Assembly (NCBI GenBank): GCA_001687465.1
Contig: LVLI01000193.1
Coordinates: 1 to 55,671, forward strand
Length of the DNA stretch: 55,671 nt
Reading direction: 5' to 3'
DNA from: Halocafeteria seosinensis
Taxonomy: Eukaryota
Shown: positions 25,268-36,173 of the stretch, one piece after another
How the letters are laid out: the number at the start of each line of letters is the position of its first letter
Position numbering within the stretch: position 1 is the first letter of the stretch
The notes under the pieces: model-generated
Told to the model about the DNA's origin: nothing
Databases searched by the model: none
The model's input: the letters and a program-made list of their open reading frames with translations, nothing else
Program-made: the position numbers and the translations under genes

Positions 25268-25927
25268 CCCCGAAATAACGACAAGTGCCCCTGAAGCTAC
25301 TGCTGACAATTCCTGCACAGACCCTCCTGCAGGCCAAAGAAATACGTCCAGAACCTCTAGTGATGGAATGAAGTGGGTAGGATCAGCTGCAGCCAAGGCT
25401 CAGACGAATGGGGAAGTGCATGTTCCAGAAGACACTGACCGTTTTCGTCTCCCCGCCCAGCGGTTTCCTGCAGCGCGGAGATTGCCTATCAGGGAAGCAC
25501 ACCGTAGTAGAAACCAAAAGAAGTTTGGCAGATTCAGTCCTTGATGTCTACTGCTAACGGTATGGTCCCTCTAATGCAATTGGTTCAGTATTGATGTTTG
25601 TATCGTAGCTCGAGAATCCGTGCACATGAGAGCTCATTAACGCTCTTTGTTTACAGGTCTTCGGGCTTACATCGAGAGAACCACATCAGCGAAATATAAG
25701 CAGTTATGTTTGTCCTCCAGTCGGCGCTCCGGCACGATGTCACAAAACATGGTGCCACACCGACAAAGCATGAATAGTAGAGCATTGAAACAGTTGACCC
25801 GTAGCATATGCTCGCGAAGCATCTTCGCGTCTCCGCGTCTCTTCTCTGTCGTCTTCGCATATTTACAAAACCTAATCAGGTTAGAATGCTTGGATTCTCA
25901 TTTCGTAATTCAAAATCGATAACCACT

Positions 25928-28900
25928 TTATTGCGATGTCTTCTTTCTTCCATCAGTCTTCTTCGATTTTGTTCTCATGCCATTGCGTTTGGAGGGGTTC
26001 CCAGGCTTCGGCGCCACGCGATGCAATGCAACCTCTGCTGAGAAGACGTTTGCATTGTAGGGCTTTTCTAGAGAAAGAGAAATGTCGTTACCCAGGTACT
26101 CGAACCAAACTTTTTCCCACCTGATACCGGCTTGAAGGTCCAACGGGTCATCGGCTCCATTCACAGCTTTACTCTTGGGCAGAAACTGATGTAGTTTCAG
26201 CTCATTCGACTCAGTCGTATGCGATGTTTCAGGAACAGCACCCCGTTTTCCGGTGGTGCTATCTGTTAGTGATTGTTCTTCGGAGCTCCCTATTTTTGCT
26301 GTTTTCGAGGGTCCTGACTCCTCAGACTTGTTACCTTCGGTGCTTGCATTCCCGATACCCGCGCGAGGAATAATCACGTCGTCTACTTTAGCGCCTTCTT
26401 CGATTAATGCTCGGATACTAAACTTAGCTCTACCTGAAGGATCTACATCTGTCACTTTAGCAGTGATCTTGGTACCTATGGGAACAATATCGGACAACTT
26501 CTGCACATGACCAGGAAGAATTTGGCTGACATGAAGAAGCCCTGCATCGTCCACGTCATTTACCGAGATGATTGCACCAAAGTCCAGGTGATCCGTTACT
26601 TCACCAGTTGCTTTGTCACCAACCCGAAGCCCCAGGGGCGATTCGGAGCCAGGGAGGGAGAAATTCATTCCTTCAGGTAGATTTCCATCGTTCGTTGACA
26701 GAAGTATGCCTTTCACCATGTCAATAGCCTTTTCGAGGGCGTCGTTGTTTTCAGCAAAGACTTGAAGATCTTCACGTCCCGGTTCGTTCAAAAATCTCAA
26801 GGCTGCTCCCGTTTCATTTTCTATAGCACGGAGAAACATTCCTCCAGGCCCAATCACGCGGCTACGCAGTTCACGAGGAATCGCAAGTAGCTCCATTCGT
26901 GGAGCAGTGTGTTTCAGTTTTGGACGTGGCGCTGAAATAGTTTCATTCATCGTTCGTAGAACCCTCAATCTTCCAATCTTGGCTACCTTCATAGCATCTT
27001 TCAGCACATCCAAGGAAATACCTGGGAGTTTAATATCCAGTTGTATAGCAGTGATCCCTTTATCAGTTCCAGCGACCTTGAAATCCATATCCCCGAAATG
27101 ATCCTCGAGACCTAAAATATCTGTCATTAGCATATATGAGCTACTTGATACCGTACTATCAGCAGTTGTATAACCGATGGAATCATAGATTTCGCGCAGG
27201 TAAGGCTCATCGGAGCAGCTGGCATGCTCCGAAGGTTTGTGGAAACCAAACGGTGTAACCAAACCGACACTTACCCCAGCCACGGTGTTTTTCATTGGTA
27301 CACCCGCATCCAACAATGCCAAGCTACCACCGCAAACAGTCGCCATTGAGGAAGATCCGTCACTTCCCGATACCTCGGACGTCGTTCTGACTACGTAGGG
27401 AAATTCCTCTTCGGAAGGTATCATTGGTGCCAGTGCCTTTTCGGCTAGAGCACCGTGTCCAATCATTCTCCTATTTATTGCAAATGATCTACCAACTTCG
27501 TTGACACAGTACGGCGGGAATTCATAGTGCAGCATAAACCTCTTTTCTCTGGTTCCTCCTGCGACGGGTCTAAGTTGTTGAGCTATTGTTGGTGGTCCCA
27601 ACGTTACTGTGCACATGCACTGAGTGTCACCTCTAGAAAAGAGCGAGCTACCATGGACTTTGGGGAATATATCCACTTCCCCTTGTAGCCTACGCAAATC
27701 CATAGAGGCGCGTCCATCAATGCGACTTCCACTGTCCAACAAAAGCAAATTACTTGAAGAATTCTTGTTCTCCTTAAACTCTTTCTTATAGTCAGTATCT
27801 AACACCTTTTTTCCATTCTCCAATAGCGCACCACGAATCGCCTCATGGAGAACCTCCTCTGCTGCCTGTTGACACTGTATCTGCAAAGTTTCAGCTTCAT
27901 CCTTTCCGGCGTCACTGCTACTTGCCAAAGACTGTTTAATCTTGTGTAGTGACTGCTGCATTAATATTGCCTGTGCTTTTGCTCTTTCATGTTTCGTCAT
28001 TGACGTATCGCGACACATTGCCTTTGCATCCTCCAACATGACGCTCCTCGCCACATCAACAAGTTGCCTCGGAGGCACCCCGAGCTTTCTCCATCTTTTC
28101 TCTTTCCCTGCTTTCGCGCGGAGCTCTTCCTGTAGTACTAATAACGGCTGGATTTCTTCTTCCGCCATTTTCATTGCCCGCATTAGCTGTTCCTCAGGTA
28201 TTTCATTTGCCTCCACCTCAACCATCACCGTTCGTCCGTATGTGCCCGCAAACAAGAGATTTAGATCGCTCTTGGAACTCTCCGCCTCTGTTGGATTTAC
28301 CACAAACTTGCCATCCACCATACCGACTCTCACCGCTGCTACAGGCCCATGAAATGGAATATCTGATAGCATCAAAGCAGTACTGGCACCAATTATTGAA
28401 AGCTGAACGCCAAACACACAAAAGAAAGGACCCATGGACAGATGATTACGGTAGACCTGGCTACAAAAAGTGGTGACTTACTGGATCCGTTGGGCATTCA
28501 TTATCGTAACTCATCACTGTCGAAACTAGCTGTGTATCATAACAGTATCCAGGAGGGAAAAGAGGTCTTAATGCTCGGTCGATGAACCGAGCGACCAACA
28601 CTTCTTTATCGGATGGTCTGCACCCACCGAAGCTTTCAGTCACCAAACGGCACTTAGCCGACCGAGATCGAAATTAAGATACGTACAAAGTTTCCCGCCG
28701 ACCAAACGTATGTGGGATGAATCCGGCAGCAAATGTCTTTTCCCGGTAATCTACTTGAAACGGCATGAAATTTTGATTCAGAAATTCTCTGTCACTGACA
28801 ACCGTGGTGAAGATGCTGCTATCTCCGTACCTGCCACAACGAAAGCAAAACAAAACCCATAGTCGATGGAGCACCCCTCCCATGTTTTGTGGCATCATGT

Positions 28901-29374
28901 CTTCACTCACTTTGCGAATACCGCTGAATCCGCCAAAGGCCCAAAGCGCCCCGTTTCCAGGACAAGTTGGCGTTGCCCTCCATGCTGTGTCGACACCGAG
29001 GCCACCGTGCGCCCCACGGATGAAGTCGTCGTCTCCGTCTTGGGTTGCTGCTCCTCGCCTTCCTGGTAGTACCGATACGAGGGTCTCCTGCGCCACGTCT
29101 CTTCATCTTCGACGCCTTCCACTCGACGTAATGCTGCGCTCTCTTCCTCTTCGTCTCCAGCCACCAAGCTATGCTCTTCCTCCGGACCAACTTGCTGCTG
29201 CTGCTGCTGCTGCTGCCGTTGTTGTCCCAGTGTTGCAGAGCAGTGGAGAAACCGGCATTGAGCCCCGAAAATCCTGGAATATTGGGGTAAAGTGGTCCTG
29301 AAGCTGCAATATCGTGTCCAAGCGACGACAGACTCAGGAGGCCGTACCATGCCCCGACGGATCATATGCGCCAT
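25928..29374 (-). CDS. PNPT1: Polyribonucleotide nucleotidyltransferase (PNPase), probably organelle-targeted, 4 exons
   Basis: Motifs [80 protein letters not shown] and [14 protein letters not shown], then KH (VIGPGG) and S1 (FGAII..GLLHVSQ) domains. Arg-rich presequence-like N-terminus. Three GT-AG introns between about 28403 and 28910. Confidence 0.96.
29193..29216. repeat. (CAG)8 coding microsatellite giving poly-Gln in the PNPase presequence
   Basis: (TGC)8 on the plus strand. Confidence 0.9.
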
Positions 29375-30235
29375 AGCTGATGATTCTCCCCCTTTCGTAC
29401 TTTGCTCAAATCAGATAGGCACACATACACACACATATATATATATGCCAAGCAAAACTACCTTGTCTATCTAGCGTATGTACAGACAGTCCATGGACCA
29501 TGGACCCAAGTTGAAGCTAACTTCAACCACAGCCGTACGCGGCGTATGTCTCGTACGGTACGTGTAAATTGTTAGGAAGGATCCGTGTTCATGGTGACAA
29601 GCTATCGCGTGGTGTTATGCACATAAAGACACCAAACCACGCCCTAAAATGTAACACAGCGGTAACAAGGGAAGCCTTACCAAAGGGAAGGAATTTTAAA
29701 GTGACTCGAAAAAGTTGACAAGACCAGGGTAGAAAACTAAACAACACTGATGGCTGTAGGAGCTCTCGTATGTGTGATACAGCTATTGTGCCAAAAGACA
29801 GAGGAACGAAAAACATACTCCAAACAAACAGATACAATGGAAGGAAGATTAGCTACCCTACTAAATTGTAGCTATAACATTGATGACTCGCGACGTGCCA
29901 AAGAAGTTCGGAAGAACTTAAGTACAGCGGACGCTTTTGATAATGAGCTCTCCTCTCATTGTATTCCTACTTGTGATTGGTACAACTCAAAACGTTCGGT
30001 GAATGGCTCCTTTTGCGAGCAGAAGGAAAGAAGAAGTCCCCTCGCTCTATTCAGCTCCAAAACGCAGTCCAAACGCTGATACAACTCTTGAATTTGCTTC
30101 ACATGTCTGTAACTCAGGTCTCTTGCAGAAGCTTTGAGCTGTCTGGTCGGGAGTTACGCAGTTCGTTTTGCTGTAAACCCGAACTGGACGCGACTCTGTG
30201 ATTCCAAGTAAGTTCTCCCCGTCAAACGCTTCGCT

Positions 30236-33200
30236 TCAGATTTCGCTCGACAAAGACGGAGGCTTGGCAGTAGTCGACGGGACTTGAGCAGGAGGCGGGC
30301 GAATACTAGTGGCTTCATCTTTCAGGGCATTCAGGAAGTGCGACGCCATATGGTGCAGAGGCGAAGAGTGTCCTTCGTCACGGTCACGACGAAAGACTAA
30401 GGAACTAAGACTATTCTCCAACGCAGGTTCTTGCTTGAATAACTGTTTAGCCGTGTTGGACGTCGAGATCAGATTGCTGAAGCACTTGAGAAGCCTATTC
30501 AATATTTGGTGATTAGAGCCCCCTTCATTGACTAGAGATTGTATCAGAGATGAGACCATAGAAAATGGATACTCAAATTTCTTTAATAAGCCCTGGGTTC
30601 TCGCTTCGCTGAGGCTTCTACTGAAAACTTTTTGCGACTCAAGCAACGACTTCGTTCCACTAAGCATGCAGTACACTTCATTCTTAGTAATCCTTTCGCT
30701 TATATCGGACCATTGCGTTACACCATCCAGAAGTATCGTCCTCGTACTGCTACTCTTGCTAAGCATCACTAACAGGTTTGAAGCGCTATCTACAATATGA
30801 TGCAGTTTTTGTCCCAGCTTCTCATTGCTGCCACGGGTGTCGATCGATGTAAGGACGAAAAGCGACGGTACGACTGCAGATATGCACTGTTGTAGCGGCA
30901 GCATTACGTTGAGACGCTTATCATGCAGTCTGTTTTCTGGCAATTCCACGCCTATAGTTAGTTGTGAGGGACGGGTGGAATATTCGAACACGATGTCTGT
31001 CAGAACGTCCAGTAGGATCCTGAGCGACTCTAGAATATACTCCTCCCGGCTCAATTCTGCATCAGCATCTCCATAATGTTGTTCCATCATACCTATGCCC
31101 AGTACATGAACCTGAATGAATGTAGTTTCTAAACAAGCAAAGTACGCTGGGAGAACGTTCTGCGCTATGCTTCCCACGCTACAACCAAAATATCCTCCTT
31201 CCATGAGCAAACTAACTAAGCGTAGCCCACGATATAATGTTTGGCTGGGAGTTTTGAAGGACGGAAAGTGTGCCATCAGTTTGAGTATTCGGTTCAGACT
31301 GTTCCGTGTTCTTGACGTCTCCGAAACAAGCAGATGGGAAGTCACAGGGTTAGCCGGATCCAGTAGGGCAAGTAATGTGGATAAGAACTCTGCGTGGGGT
31401 GAAAGGGGATCCGGCCCCGTCGGCGGAGAAGAGCCCCATTCGTAATCGACAGCTTCTGTTGAAACGGATATGTAGCGATCTACGAATTCACTGAACTCAC
31501 CATCCAACAATACTCCACTTTCTTCATTCCCATTGGCTTTGAACAAGCTTATCAAATCCGACGTAACAAGTGTGAACCGGTGTAAGCTTTTGACCATTGG
31601 CATCCGCGATTCTAGGCATTCAGTGCTGTGTATGAGTTTCTTCAGTAAAGAATAATCCTGGTTCGAAGCGGAAAGCATGCTACACAGAAGCTTCAGGTTG
31701 CTTAATAGCGGCGTTTCATATCTTTCAGATCCATTCATCTGCGACGCAACAATGGACAGTACCACGGTCTTCATAATGCAATGAAGAAGTTTCACAGAAA
31801 CCTCAAGAAGAGCACCAGGGCTACCAATTGTTGTTATGTCGTCCGCGGTAGAAACATGGTGGTTTTGGTGACATCTCTGATTGGCAGCATTAACTGCACT
31901 CAAACTGAGCCTTCCCAACAGTGGGACAAACATTAGACTTGTTTCTTGGTTCCGTTGCACCCAATTAACTACCAGCTCGATTTCCTTAGTTGCCTCCAGG
32001 AGATTTAGACGTTGCTCGTTGATAGAGCAAATAGAAAACACTTGATCGACCACAGAGGATAGAATATCAACCCCAAACTGGTCAATATTCGCGTCGACTT
32101 GCTGTTGAAGGGCTTCGAGTTGCAAAAGGGCTATGTCGCCTAGTGTAGGACTGTTTCCCTCCTCCAAAAGCTTTCGACAGGCAAAGCAGCGATCGTCATT
32201 AGAGGCTTGTTCGAGGGTGACAGAGCACCCTAATCCCAGCGCAGACAACACCGCTAGTTTTTTCTTATCACAACGCCTCCCGCGAAGCTGCTTCCACACA
32301 GCCCAACACGAGGCTACGTATTCCCGTATTACTTCTTCGTAATCATGCGGCACACTTTGCGTCTTAGGCTGGGTGACTTCCATGAGCATGGCGAAACCGC
32401 TGACTGATAGTAATGCCCAGATAGAGTGCACGCCGGAGCGTCCTCCGCCATCGTCCTCTCTTTGAGCATATACTTTAGCGATATTAGAGAAAAAAACCCT
32501 CGTTGGGAGGCTCTGCAAACCAAGGGTACGCCAAACAACCTCAGGCAATTTCTCAGGCCGCTTCCAGGGGAGTGAAGCGAAAAACGTTGTGACTTCCATT
32601 CGGGAAATGACTGTGCAGATTTCCACTGCCCCCGAAGACGCTCCACTTGTTTCATCAAGTCTAACAGACATATTTAACAGCTGAAGCATCTTCGAATTAA
32701 AATCACCGGTAAGCTCAGGATCGATCTTCCTGGCCGGAGGGGAGACAGACGGCTCGTCTTCCGATTCAAACTGCATCCGCAGACCATATGTACCAATGTT
32801 GTGCATTGTTTGAATGATGATATGGCATGGTGGCCACCACACATCAAGATTGCTCAGCGGCTCATCCGTAAGCGAGGGGATTAAGCGTTCCAACTGTTCG
32901 TCGAAAAATTGGAACACCCACTGAGGTACTTTGCGCTCATTGATCGTTAAACCAAGACTTGTGTCATCACAGGCAACAATTCCGTAAAATACGGCTTCCC
33001 CTAGAGCGCATAACGCAGCCGTCCGGAACATTGATAAGAGTTTCATATATGCATGCTTTACCTGTGGGTATCGACCCAACCACTTGTAGACGGGTAACTT
33101 CGTCTTGCAAACTCTTACGAGAGTCTCCATAAATTGATACCCTTCACTATATGATCCGCCGGAACCGTTCAAGGTGCGGGGTAAAGGAATGGGTATTACT

Positions 33201-35533
33201 TCTTTGGAAGCATACAAAGCATTCTTCATGAGCACAGCCAGCACGTATGCGGACGCGGTCGCTACAACAATCTTGACGAGGCTACTCCCAAACACTGACG
33301 GCTCGAATCGCTTTCGGAGGACATTATTCTCATTCGCCAGCAGAGATCCCGTAGTGCTGGATAAAGATAAGAGAATTTCAACGAAGGAGCTATTGGCTAT
33401 CCATGTAGCCATTTGCTGCGTTTCCTCTACCGTTACGTTCTTGGGGCTTCTCTCGTGATCACATAGCTCACTCAGGTACCCTAATGCTGCTAGCGTTCGT
33501 CTACTCTGAGAATAGACAGATAGCTGATTATCCGAATCGGATACATTTATTGCCTTACAACACTTTCGCAACTCATCATACACTTGGGTAAGGTGTCCCT
33601 CAGTAGTACGCTGATCTTGGGTAAGCAGAACATGGGTATCCGTCCAGCTGAACGGTAACTTGTCTGCTGGGCTAAATCGCACAAAAGTCTCCGGCGTGTT
33701 AAACAAGCGAAGACACTGAACTGCAGCTTCAAAATAATCTAAGTTTGCGCCGTTGATAACAGACGCAAATTTGCTTCTGAACTCATCCTGTAGGTTTGCA
33801 AGATTTGTCATAGGATCTGTCCGCAGATGCTTTCCAGTCAAGGGCTCTGCCTCAATATCCTCCGCGAATTGCTCACATAGTCGATGAAGGGCGCTACAGT
33901 ATTGCTGATTCCTGCGCGTAGGGTTCTTGAATGTGCGCTGTACATAATCCAACATAGCCAATTGAGCAGCACCGGGAATTTTGTACATGCGCTTGGGATC
34001 AAAACGTTGTTGCAAACTGGCAAACAAGTGCTTTCGGTGCTCGATGGATGGTTGGGGTTCTTTCTCAGACCAATACGACTCGGTAGATTGTTTAATGAAT
34101 TCACTCATTGTACCGCATATTGTACTTCCACCATCTCCCTCGTCAGTGTCCTCTTCGTCGTGAACGGATCCCCGTTGTACCCCTTCAGCTGTAGATTTTT
34201 GATCCACAAAAGAACTCTGAGTTGACCTATGCTGTGAAATTTCGTAATAACCGTGTTGGTGATTATGTCCCTCGACGGTCGAACTGTGGTTCGGAACCAG
34301 TGCGTCCGTTGTCGTGCGATCCGTTGGGGTACGAGACGAACTTGTATGCGATATCCATCTTTCGTACAATGGTTCTTTCGGCGCTTTTATAGGTTCCGGA
34401 GCCAACGAATGGGCAACAACGGAGGGTTGCCCATCACTCTGAATTGGAGTATCAGTCCACCAAAAAGGATGATTGCAAACTCCATCGTAGTCAATTCTTT
34501 CTCGCGGATCCTTCTGTAACAAGCCAGATAGCAAATCTAAAAGCACAATAGGTGGCCTTACAGAGGTCGCCATATCCCCTTGATTATTCGGGCTGTCGTT
34601 GGTCTCGATCCCTTTTTCATCTTTGAATGGTTGCACTTGATAGTAGTATTGACATAGTTTTTGGTAAATATCTGAGATATTTCCATTACTCGCCGACTGT
34701 TGTTCATGTGTGTCAGAAGGACGCGCACTCATCCCAGACGGTGAATGGGAAAACGACGAGGAAGCAAAGGACTGTGATTGCGGTACAGTGTCGAATTCCA
34801 AGTCTTGCACCACCGACTGTGGGAGTTGCAATGGTTCATTCAGAATCGACTCCTTGCTTGCCATAAATGGTGGATGTCCACAAGCCATCGTGTAAAGAAG
34901 ACACCCAAACGCCCACAGGTCTGACTTTGTACTACAAGGTGCTACATCGTCTCGCTCGTCGGTCCACAACTCAGGTGCCATATACTCTGGATGTGAAGCG
35001 TATAAGTCGTGGGCCTGGACCGTGTCCTCCGGAATGCGGGAAGCGCCTTTGAAGCGTGACACTTTGGCTACTCCATACTCATTGCACAAAATACTTTTGG
35101 GGTGCAAACAGGCCCCAATGAGCCATCCACGATGATGTGCATGGAGCATAGCGCCCAGGATGTCTGAACCCAGAGCCTTGAGAGCGCTCACCGGCAATCG
35201 ACCATCTTGCTCCAACATGGACCATAACGAGCCCCCTGAACAAAAATCCATGACCACCCAAATATGTCGTTTGGTAGCGTACCATTCGTGGAATTGCACC
35301 AATGACGGCGGTGGCGGTGGCGTCGACGATTCATACTCTGTCTGAGTCTTATTCAGAGCATTCATGGCCGTCACCTCCTTCCGTATGTCCTCCAAAGCAT
35401 GCTTTGGGACCCTCCGGATGGCGTAATAATGCAGTGTCTGCTTACGACGGGCTTTATACACGACATCCTCCTCCTCCTCCTCCTCCTCCTCGTTTTCGGC
35501 TGTCAGGGGCTCGTAAAAGATGTACTGATCCAT
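30236..35533 (-). CDS. ULK4: ULK4/RUNKEL-family pseudokinase with a long helical (HEAT/ARM-like) C-terminus, 1765 aa, intronless
   Basis: N-terminus MDQYIFYE...VVYKARRKQTLHYYAI, then FHEWYATKRHIWVVMDFCSGGSL, QDGRLP, YMAPEL, SDLWAFGCLLY and LLQKDPRERI..HPFW. ALGEAVFY in the C-terminal repeats. These match the ULK4/RUNKEL pattern. Confidence 0.85.
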   Translation of the reverse strand: MDQYIFYEPLTAENEEEEEEEEDVVYKARRKQTLHYYAIRRVPKHALEDIRKEVTAMNALNKTQTEYESSTPPPPPSLVQFHEWYATKRHIWVVMDFCSGGSLWSMLEQDGRLPVSALKALGSDILGAMLHAHHRGWLIGACLHPKSILCNEYGVAKVSRFKGASRIPEDTVQAHDLYASHPEYMAPELWTDERDDVAPCSTKSDLWAFGCLLYTMACGHPPFMASKESILNEPLQLPQSVVQDLEFDTVPQSQSFASSSFSHSPSGMSARPSDTHEQQSASNGNISDIYQKLCQYYYQVQPFKDEKGIETNDSPNNQGDMATSVRPPIVLLDLLSGLLQKDPRERIDYDGVCNHPFWWTDTPIQSDGQPSVVAHSLAPEPIKAPKEPLYERWISHTSSSRTPTDRTTTDALVPNHSSTVEGHNHQHGYYEISQHRSTQSSFVDQKSTAEGVQRGSVHDEEDTDEGDGGSTICGTMSEFIKQSTESYWSEKEPQPSIEHRKHLFASLQQRFDPKRMYKIPGAAQLAMLDYVQRTFKNPTRRNQQYCSALHRLCEQFAEDIEAEPLTGKHLRTDPMTNLANLQDEFRSKFASVINGANLDYFEAAVQCLRLFNTPETFVRFSPADKLPFSWTDTHVLLTQDQRTTEGHLTQVYDELRKCCKAINVSDSDNQLSVYSQSRRTLAALGYLSELCDHERSPKNVTVEETQQMATWIANSSFVEILLSLSSTTGSLLANENNVLRKRFEPSVFGSSLVKIVVATASAYVLAVLMKNALYASKEVIPIPLPRTLNGSGGSYSEGYQFMETLVRVCKTKLPVYKWLGRYPQVKHAYMKLLSMFRTAALCALGEAVFYGIVACDDTSLGLTINERKVPQWVFQFFDEQLERLIPSLTDEPLSNLDVWWPPCHIIIQTMHNIGTYGLRMQFESEDEPSVSPPARKIDPELTGDFNSKMLQLLNMSVRLDETSGASSGAVEICTVISRMEVTTFFASLPWKRPEKLPEVVWRTLGLQSLPTRVFFSNIAKVYAQREDDGGGRSGVHSIWALLSVSGFAMLMEVTQPKTQSVPHDYEEVIREYVASCWAVWKQLRGRRCDKKKLAVLSALGLGCSVTLEQASNDDRCFACRKLLEEGNSPTLGDIALLQLEALQQQVDANIDQFGVDILSSVVDQVFSICSINEQRLNLLEATKEIELVVNWVQRNQETSLMFVPLLGRLSLSAVNAANQRCHQNHHVSTADDITTIGSPGALLEVSVKLLHCIMKTVVLSIVASQMNGSERYETPLLSNLKLLCSMLSASNQDYSLLKKLIHSTECLESRMPMVKSLHRFTLVTSDLISLFKANGNEESGVLLDGEFSEFVDRYISVSTEAVDYEWGSSPPTGPDPLSPHAEFLSTLLALLDPANPVTSHLLVSETSRTRNSLNRILKLMAHFPSFKTPSQTLYRGLRLVSLLMEGGYFGCSVGSIAQNVLPAYFACLETTFIQVHVLGIGMMEQHYGDADAELSREEYILESLRILLDVLTDIVFEYSTRPSQLTIGVELPENRLHDKRLNVMLPLQQCISAVVPSLFVLTSIDTRGSNEKLGQKLHHIVDSASNLLVMLSKSSSTRTILLDGVTQWSDISERITKNEVYCMLSGTKSLLESQKVFSRSLSEARTQGLLKKFEYPFSMVSSLIQSLVNEGGSNHQILNRLLKCFSNLISTSNTAKQLFKQEPALENSLSSLVFRRDRDEGHSSPLHHMASHFLNALKDEATSIRPPPAQVPSTTAKPPSLSSEI
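35466..35491. repeat. (GAG)n coding microsatellite giving poly-Glu in the ULK4 Gly-loop position
   Basis: (TCC)8+ on the plus strand. Confidence 0.9.
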
Positions 35534-36173
35534 TGCAATGGCTCTAGCAAATCCGTAATTATATCAGTATATGTAGCAGGTATGCAAACAAACAATACAA
35601 TGTACCAAGGGTGTAATGCATAAAGCATTGAGCGAGTAAATTCGTTGAGGACGCAGGCGGACACGACTTCACACCAAACTGGTAGCTGTGTACTGCTCCT
35701 ACCACAAGACGAGTAGGCTAGGTCGCCAGACGCGATGGCAATACTGTGGTAGTAGCATATTTTTGAGATGGAGTTAAATGCTACACGTGGTGCTCCGAGC
35801 GTGGCTTCCGCAGACCTTGGTGGCCGGTACATACTGTACGTCATCTGAGGAGTACACACGGTTGCTAACCATTCAATGTGAACGTGTGTTTGAGAGACTG
35901 CAGCCTGTCAAGAGTGTTCCGTACTGTCACAATCCATGGCAGCACCCCTGTAGTACAGAGGCCATTGACCCTTCCCTTCTATGCATTAACTATACTCGAG
36001 AACTAAAATGAAGATGCTTTGCGAACAACTCCCGGGATACATTCATGGTGTGCCTCAAACGCTCGAGTGCCTGGACACGGTGATGCTTCCGATAGAGTGT
36101 TACTTGACAGTATTGTGCTCACATGGGACCTGCCTACTACCTTGTTATGAAATCTTCCAGTATTCGCCAGCCA

